DNA of 64,000 nucleotides from Promethearchaeota archaeon (GTDB lineage: Archaea; Asgardarchaeota; Lokiarchaeia; Sigyniarchaeales; SOKP01): the NCBI GenBank assembly GCA_048938895.1, contig JBHLLU010000001.1, positions 64,001-128,000 of the forward strand, read 5' to 3'. Of the stretch, positions 58,741 to 64,000 are shown piece by piece. How positions within the stretch are numbered: the first letter of the stretch is position 1; every line of letters starts with the position of its first letter. The notes under the pieces are model-generated. The model worked only from the letters and a program-made list of their open reading frames with translations. It did not search any database and was not told where the DNA came from. Made by a program: the position numbers and the translations under genes.

Positions 58741-58757
58741 TTTTACACGCCTCTTAA

Positions 58758-59750
58758 TTATATATGTAATCGAGGATCTAATGCATCCCTCAATCCATCT
58801 CCTATTAACATAAACCCAATAGCCGTAATTGCAATAAAAAGACCGGGCCAAAATACTGCACCATAAGCACCCCAATGATTACGTGCATAATTAATATCGG
58901 TACCCCAGTCTGAAAATGAAGCATCCCCTAATCCCAAGAAAGCAATTGATGTAAAACCTAAAATCGCTCCTGCCATAGCTCCGAAAAAACCAATAATAAC
59001 GGGAGATATAGCATTTGGCAACACATGTTTAAACATAACTTTAAATTTCTCGGCTCCACTTGTTACTGCCGCTTCAACATAAACATTTGTTTTTACCTGC
59101 AATACAAGAGCTCTTACCCATCGAGTAGAACCAGGTATACCAAGAACTCCATAAAGGATGAGAATATTATATAAATTATTGCCAATCATAGGAGCTAATA
59201 TAATCACAAGAATTAAGGTAGGAAAGGAGAACCAGAAATCACAAAACCTCATGAGTAATGAATCTATTCTTCCTCCAAAATATGCAGAAATTGTTCCAAG
59301 GGCAAGTCCACCAAGCGTACCTATAATAACCGGAAGAGCAGCAGCCGTCAAAGCTGTTCTCGCACCCCAAATTAATCGTGCTAGAATATCAAATCCATAT
59401 TTTGTCGTACCTAATGGATGGTTTGGTGATGGGTCTTGGAATGGCGTTTCAGGGAGAACATCTCCCCCCGGTGTAATATTATCTAAGGTAAATGGGGTTA
59501 ACCAAGGACAATACATACCTAAAACGGCAATGAATAGAATCAATATTATTCCTGCAATTGTTAAAGGAGTAAGAAGACGTCTAAATAATTTTCTTTTCGA
59601 TTTGATTTTACCGATTTCATATTCGATTTCGTCAAACTCTGGTACTCGCCAGCCAGGTATTAAATAAAACTTTATTAGGTGAGAGAATTTAGTTTTCTGT
59701 TTTAATTGAATTTTATTTTGTTTTATTTGTTCTAGAGAAATTTGTGTCAT
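58758..59750 (-). CDS. oppC: Oligopeptide ABC permease OppC/DppC
   Basis: HPLGT..G.DI..RLIWGAR, YVEAA..SGA, HVLPN and GDGLRDALDPR motifs. Confidence 0.93.
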   Translation of the reverse strand: MTQISLEQIKQNKIQLKQKTKFSHLIKFYLIPGWRVPEFDEIEYEIGKIKSKRKLFRRLLTPLTIAGIILILFIAVLGMYCPWLTPFTLDNITPGGDVLPETPFQDPSPNHPLGTTKYGFDILARLIWGARTALTAAALPVIIGTLGGLALGTISAYFGGRIDSLLMRFCDFWFSFPTLILVIILAPMIGNNLYNILILYGVLGIPGSTRWVRALVLQVKTNVYVEAAVTSGAEKFKVMFKHVLPNAISPVIIGFFGAMAGAILGFTSIAFLGLGDASFSDWGTDINYARNHWGAYGAVFWPGLFIAITAIGFMLIGDGLRDALDPRLHI

Positions 59751-59765
59751 TTTTATTCACTTTTT

Positions 59766-60836
59766 TTAATATAATATTCTTGGATCTATAATAGTATAGG
59801 CAACATCCGCAATGAGAGTGCCTGAGATTATAATGAGTGTTGAAAAAACTAAGAGACCGTTAATGACCATAAAATCACCAAGTATAATAGAAGTGTACAT
59901 GGTAAACCCAAAACCTGTGTAGTTAAATGTTACCTCTACAAACAGCGACCCGAGTAAAGCTGCTGCAGTCCCCGAGATTACAAGATGACTGGTAGGAAGT
60001 ATAGCATTCCGGAGTGCATGTTTGTTAATGACATCTTTTTCCATAACCCCTTTTGCACGAGCAGTTCTAATATAATCCTGATCTAGTACCCCTAACATAC
60101 TGGATCGAGTTTGTCTTGTAACCCCAGACAAGGATACGAAAATCATACAAAATACAGGAAGAATCAGATGAACAAGTGTATCCCAAAGATAAACCTGGTC
60201 ATTATATAAAATACTATCAATGAGTCTAAATCCCGTACCCGCACCTTCTGCTGGTACAGGAGTAAATAATATGGGATTATTAGGATTTACTACTTCCAAG
60301 AGTACACCTCCATGGGTGAAATCTCTTAGGGTAAGCCCAATAAAAAATTGTAACAATATGGCAAGGTAAAAGATCGGATATCCTGCCCCAAGAATAGCAA
60401 TTCCTCTAATTAGCGTATCCCTCGGTTTATCCTTATATTTTGCAGAGGTCACCCCTAGTTTAATTGCTATAATTGGAACAATAATTATAGAAAAAAGCAT
60501 TAGTTCGATTGTTTTAGGAAAGATTTCTGCGATAAGAGTAATGACGGGAGTTCCCTCATCTACAATAAATGATTCACCCCAATCTCCTTGGAAGAAATTT
60601 TTAAGATATATTCCAAGTTGTATATACCACGGATCATAATAACCAGATCGACGTAGTACTCTTTCATACCTAGCACGGTCACCAATTGCTGTACCCGGAA
60701 TCTTATTTAAAGCAGGATTTACGGCCATCATATGTGATAATATCCAAGTAAATATCAAGACCGCTAATAAAATAGGAAACATAAGTAAAATGCGTTTAAT
60801 CACATACTTGATCATATTTCGAGCCTGACGAGTCAT
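59766..60836 (-). CDS. oppB: Oligopeptide ABC permease OppB/DppB
   Basis: YVIKRIL, GDWGES, QDYIRTARAKG, HALRNA and DPRI motifs. AGGAGAGG RBS. Confidence 0.93.
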   Translation of the reverse strand: MTRQARNMIKYVIKRILLMFPILLAVLIFTWILSHMMAVNPALNKIPGTAIGDRARYERVLRRSGYYDPWYIQLGIYLKNFFQGDWGESFIVDEGTPVITLIAEIFPKTIELMLFSIIIVPIIAIKLGVTSAKYKDKPRDTLIRGIAILGAGYPIFYLAILLQFFIGLTLRDFTHGGVLLEVVNPNNPILFTPVPAEGAGTGFRLIDSILYNDQVYLWDTLVHLILPVFCMIFVSLSGVTRQTRSSMLGVLDQDYIRTARAKGVMEKDVINKHALRNAILPTSHLVISGTAAALLGSLFVEVTFNYTGFGFTMYTSIILGDFMVINGLLVFSTLIIISGTLIADVAYTIIDPRILY

Positions 60837-61033
60837 TTTCTTCCTCTCCTTTCTTAAAACTCATTAAACAATAAGAATACAATAAATAGGGTTGTTTGAT
60901 GTTTCTTTTTCTTATTGTTGATATAAAATTTATAATTTTTTTCTTATTCTGAATATTGATTGTAAAAAAAATTCACTATATTTAACGATTACCATTTGAT
61001 TAAGGATATTTACGTTCGTAATCGAAGTATTTT

Positions 61034-61047
61034 GAAAACTTTAAATA
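61034..61047 (+). promoter_or_regulatory. Putative BRE/TATA promoter for oppA
   Basis: GAAAAC-TTTAAATA in the divergent oppB/oppA spacer; AAGGAG RBS at 61127-61132. Confidence 0.45.
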
Positions 61048-61140
61048 GTAAATTGTCGTAACCTTATATTATCTTTACTTCGTAAAGTAAATTTTGTAAA
61101 AAAACTAAAAAAAAAGGTAGTTCGATAAGGAGAAAAAAAC

Positions 61141-63672
61141 ATGAATAAATCTACAAAAAGTTTAGCTTTTTTCTTGCTATTATCGTCGATAATCCTGCCT
61201 GTTTTACCAGCAATTACAGTTGCTCAAGGCACTACTCATGTCTTTAAATTTGGTGCTTCGGCTTTACCTGATGAATGGGATCCCGCTGTTACCGATTGGT
61301 ACAATGTAATATGGGGATACTACGGAGTATATGCTCTTGAATATCCTATGTATTATCCTTCCACCTATTCCCAAGGAACAACAGGACCTATAGAAGATGA
61401 GTGGGTAGGGGCGCTTTGTACTGATTGGGTGCTTGAGCGATGGCCCTCGGAAAATAATTCCAAAGGATTCTATAATACGGGTGGAATAAAAACAGCCACC
61501 TATACTCTTCGTGAAGGTGTAAAATTCCACGATGGGTCCGATTGGAACGCAACAGTATGGAAGTGGAATATTGATCGAGTTAACATGATTAATGGGAATT
61601 ATACCGGTTTATGCCAAAATACAGTGGATAATGATGCTGAAGGAAATAATATGCACACTGTTTTTGTAGAAGATTATAAACCTTATTTTACACCATCATG
61701 GAATATGTCTAGTTATGACTCACCAAATCTTGGAGTAACACCTCCTGCGACGGATCCGGGAGTTAACGACTATGCATATTTTAACTTAGGACCTAATGCC
61801 TCTTTAGTTGATTATGGTGATGCTGTTAATGCCCTAATCTTACCAAATAATACAATTCGCAATCCAACTCCTTATGGTGGTTGGGATTATGCTGCAGGAA
61901 ATGCCATTCACTATGCACCTTATGATAGGTATCCTATTGTTAATTATGTGGAAATCCTTGAAAATCCTCAATCAGGAGGAAAGATCAGAGTTCATTTTAA
62001 CCATTGGACTATCTCAGGGTTAACAGGGGCTGTAAATTTCCCTATGATTTCATACAAAGCTTATCATGATGATTACACTACGAGAGGAATCTACGGATAT
62101 GAAAATGGTGTAAATGATGATAGAAATGCAGGACCAGTCACTCACATGATTGGTACAGGACCTTACATATATGTAGAACATGATCAAACAGGTACCCCTC
62201 CTGGAGGGTATATGTTAAAGAATCAGAATTATTGGAATAGAACCGCTCTTGAAGCAGAGGGATGGTTTGAAGCTGATCGATATGAGCTGATTAATTTCCC
62301 TACAGGGCAATTAGGTAAAGATGCACAAAATACTGCTATGCTTACCCATGCTATAGATTTTGCGTATGATTCTATGTACATGCCTTTAGATTATGACGCC
62401 GTAACTGCAAATGATAATATCCGATATGAAACAACAGGCTCTACAGAGTATAAAACAAATATCGTACTAAATTCAATTAATGAAACGTGGTGGGCGTGGC
62501 CGTGGGCTGACACTTGGCGACGAGGATTTTATACTGGAGCAGGTGATAAGCCTGCAGGTGGGATGCCTCGAGCGCTACGAAAAGCCATGGGATATGCGTT
62601 TAATTATGACCTAATGATCCATACTTATCTTAACGATCGTGCGATTCGGGGTGCTGGCATGCTGGCTGTACCAGATATTTATTATAATGCCACTTTAGTT
62701 GGATCTGACTATTTAGCTTACTATAATAAAACAAAAGCTCGGGAAATTTTACTTACCACAGAAACAGATCCTCTATTGTTCAATGTATCAACTCCTGTAC
62801 CTCATGCAATAAATCCTCTCTATAGCGCAGGTTATCCTTTCGGGGATCATAATTACAAGACTCTTAACCCAGATCTCTATAATTTTAGTAAGATGTGTGC
62901 TGATAGGGGGTTAGATGCAAGTAGTACAGACGCTGACTGGCAATGGGTAGCTGATAATAATCCAATATATGTCGTTAACTTCTATTGGGACTCTGCTCAT
63001 GAAGATGTAAAAAATGTGTTTCTTTCATCCCTTCGTAATATTGGATGTACATTAAAAGATAAAACGGGAGTTACCAATAGAGTTACCACAATAATATGGG
63101 ATACAGTACGTATAGGTCATTTGACTACGTTTGATGGAACTTATAGTCTCTTTTCCTGTAATGCGTGGGTAATGGACGAACATTTACCACATGATTCTCC
63201 AGAGTTAAATCTCTTTTGGGCTCATGTTGATCCTGATAGAGGTCGATGGCGACAATATGGGGCAGGTGGAATTCAGAGCTGGCATTATTGGGGAAATTAC
63301 GGATTTAATTTTGATGCGGAAGCTGATCGTCTGAACGATAAAGTTGCTGTGTCTGATCCTATGGTAAGAAAGAGAATAATTAATGATTGGCAAATTGTTG
63401 AACAAACAGATGTTTACCCAAAAATATGGTGTTATGAAGCCAAAAGTGGTTGGGCTTTATGGAAAGATTGGGAGTATTTCACCCGACCTAATAGATTAGG
63501 ATTCCAAGATGGCTTCTATGGTGGTATGTCACCCTCTTTCTTGAGATTTGTGGGACTTCCAGAAGAGTATGCACTAATTCCTGGCTCTCCATTGTTTATT
63601 ATATTAACCGTTTCAGCAATTTCAACACTTGGAATTATTTACGCGATAATAAAAAGAAAAAAATTTCGATAA
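61141..63672 (+). CDS. oppA: Family-5 (OppA/DppA) substrate-binding protein with C-terminal sorting/anchor tail
   Basis: Signal peptide; YTLREGVKFHDGS.WNA..KWNIDR, IGTGPY, KNQNYW and RKAMGYAFNY motifs; C-terminal IPGSP-TM-KRKKFR; many N-x-S/T sequons. Confidence 0.88.
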   Translation: MNKSTKSLAFFLLLSSIILPVLPAITVAQGTTHVFKFGASALPDEWDPAVTDWYNVIWGYYGVYALEYPMYYPSTYSQGTTGPIEDEWVGALCTDWVLERWPSENNSKGFYNTGGIKTATYTLREGVKFHDGSDWNATVWKWNIDRVNMINGNYTGLCQNTVDNDAEGNNMHTVFVEDYKPYFTPSWNMSSYDSPNLGVTPPATDPGVNDYAYFNLGPNASLVDYGDAVNALILPNNTIRNPTPYGGWDYAAGNAIHYAPYDRYPIVNYVEILENPQSGGKIRVHFNHWTISGLTGAVNFPMISYKAYHDDYTTRGIYGYENGVNDDRNAGPVTHMIGTGPYIYVEHDQTGTPPGGYMLKNQNYWNRTALEAEGWFEADRYELINFPTGQLGKDAQNTAMLTHAIDFAYDSMYMPLDYDAVTANDNIRYETTGSTEYKTNIVLNSINETWWAWPWADTWRRGFYTGAGDKPAGGMPRALRKAMGYAFNYDLMIHTYLNDRAIRGAGMLAVPDIYYNATLVGSDYLAYYNKTKAREILLTTETDPLLFNVSTPVPHAINPLYSAGYPFGDHNYKTLNPDLYNFSKMCADRGLDASSTDADWQWVADNNPIYVVNFYWDSAHEDVKNVFLSSLRNIGCTLKDKTGVTNRVTTIIWDTVRIGHLTTFDGTYSLFSCNAWVMDEHLPHDSPELNLFWAHVDPDRGRWRQYGAGGIQSWHYWGNYGFNFDAEADRLNDKVAVSDPMVRKRIINDWQIVEQTDVYPKIWCYEAKSGWALWKDWEYFTRPNRLGFQDGFYGGMSPSFLRFVGLPEEYALIPGSPLFIILTVSAISTLGIIYAIIKRKKFR

Positions 63673-63695
63673 AATAAATCAAAAATTAAAATCTA

Positions 63696-63723
63696 TTTTC
63701 TTTTTTTTTAATTTACTTTTTTT
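63696..63723 (+). terminator. Oligo-T tracts after oppA, likely intrinsic terminator
   Basis: TTTTCTTTTTTTTT followed by a second T run, starting about 25 bp after the stop codon. Confidence 0.45.
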
Positions 63724-63781
63724 ACTACAAAACTAAAAGTGTTTTATTACTAGTCTAATTTCATAAGAAAAAGATAAAAAA

Positions 63782-64000
63782 TTAAACACTCTTTCTGCTA
63801 ACCATATAACGTTTAGTATACATACCAGCAATAGCCCCGGAGATTGCTATCCCAAATAACACGATAATATCAATCCAGCCTCTTATATCACCAAATTTTA
63901 AGATCAATGGTTCTGCTGAAAGACCAAACATAATGGCATAAAATATAAAACCTTCAGCAATAATAAGAGGTACTAACCAGATAGAAGCTTTAATACCATA
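63782..64000 (-). CDS. C-terminal fragment of a membrane protein (5'-truncated by the window edge)
   Basis: Open frame YGIKASIWLVPLIIAEGFIFYAIMFG...IIVLFGIAISGAIAGMYTKRYMVSRKSV* with two hydrophobic segments; not in the ORF track. Confidence 0.65.
   Translation of the reverse strand, partial: YGIKASIWLVPLIIAEGFIFYAIMFGLSAEPLILKFGDIRGWIDIIVLFGIAISGAIAGMYTKRYMVSRKSV

Noticed and set aside
58741-58875. ORF-track N-terminal extension of oppD (MGCLWCS...)
   Set aside because: It overlaps the conserved 3' end of oppC in another frame; an RBS-like sequence lies after the oppC stop.
59158-59667. 169-aa + strand ORF and the many other 60-130 aa ORFs nested in or antisense to long genes
   Set aside because: They are shadows of well-supported genes (here oppC), with no motifs or RBS.
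1-64000. CRISPR arrays, tRNA/rRNA genes, IS elements, prophage or defence genes
   Set aside because: No regularly spaced DNA repeats, GC-rich structured RNA stretches, or transposase, integrase or nuclease motifs were seen by eye. A covariance-model scan was not possible.
1-64000. Selenocysteine or pyrrolysine read-through
   Set aside because: No gene appears interrupted by an in-frame TGA or TAG at a conserved Cys/Lys position; the Fe-S and CCG motifs are all complete with Cys.

Overview
AT-rich, gene-dense archaeal chromosomal segment, most likely from an Asgard archaeon of the Lokiarchaeia type. This is an inference from a Rab-like small GTPase, a TPR+longin-like protein, a HEAT+LRR protein, a C-terminal IPG-TM-basic sorting tail, GGTGA/GGAGG RBSs and TTTAAATA boxes. 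About 52 CDSs, mostly anaerobic central and fermentative metabolism: KorDABC, split class I fumarase, thiol:fumarate-reductase-like TfrAB, a second 2-oxoacid:ferredoxin oxidoreductase, ADP-forming acyl-CoA synthetase, 4-hydroxybutyryl-CoA dehydratase, acyl-CoA enzymes, peptidases, pyrG, the GMP synthase B subunit and an Opp/Dpp ABC transporter. No tRNA, rRNA, CRISPR array or transposase was recognised. Most notable observations: (1) a circularly permuted POR-type beta subunit whose ThDP-binding motif is split between the C- and N-termini; (2) OppD and OppF ATPases each fused to large, mutually homologous multi-TM domains; (3) a 952-aa orphan with three indel-free 148-aa tandem repeats; (4) an amidohydrolase whose metal motif lies upstream of any canonical start codon; (5) a Rab-like GTPase translationally coupled to a TrmB-like regulator. 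All family calls come from motif recognition by eye; no searches were run.
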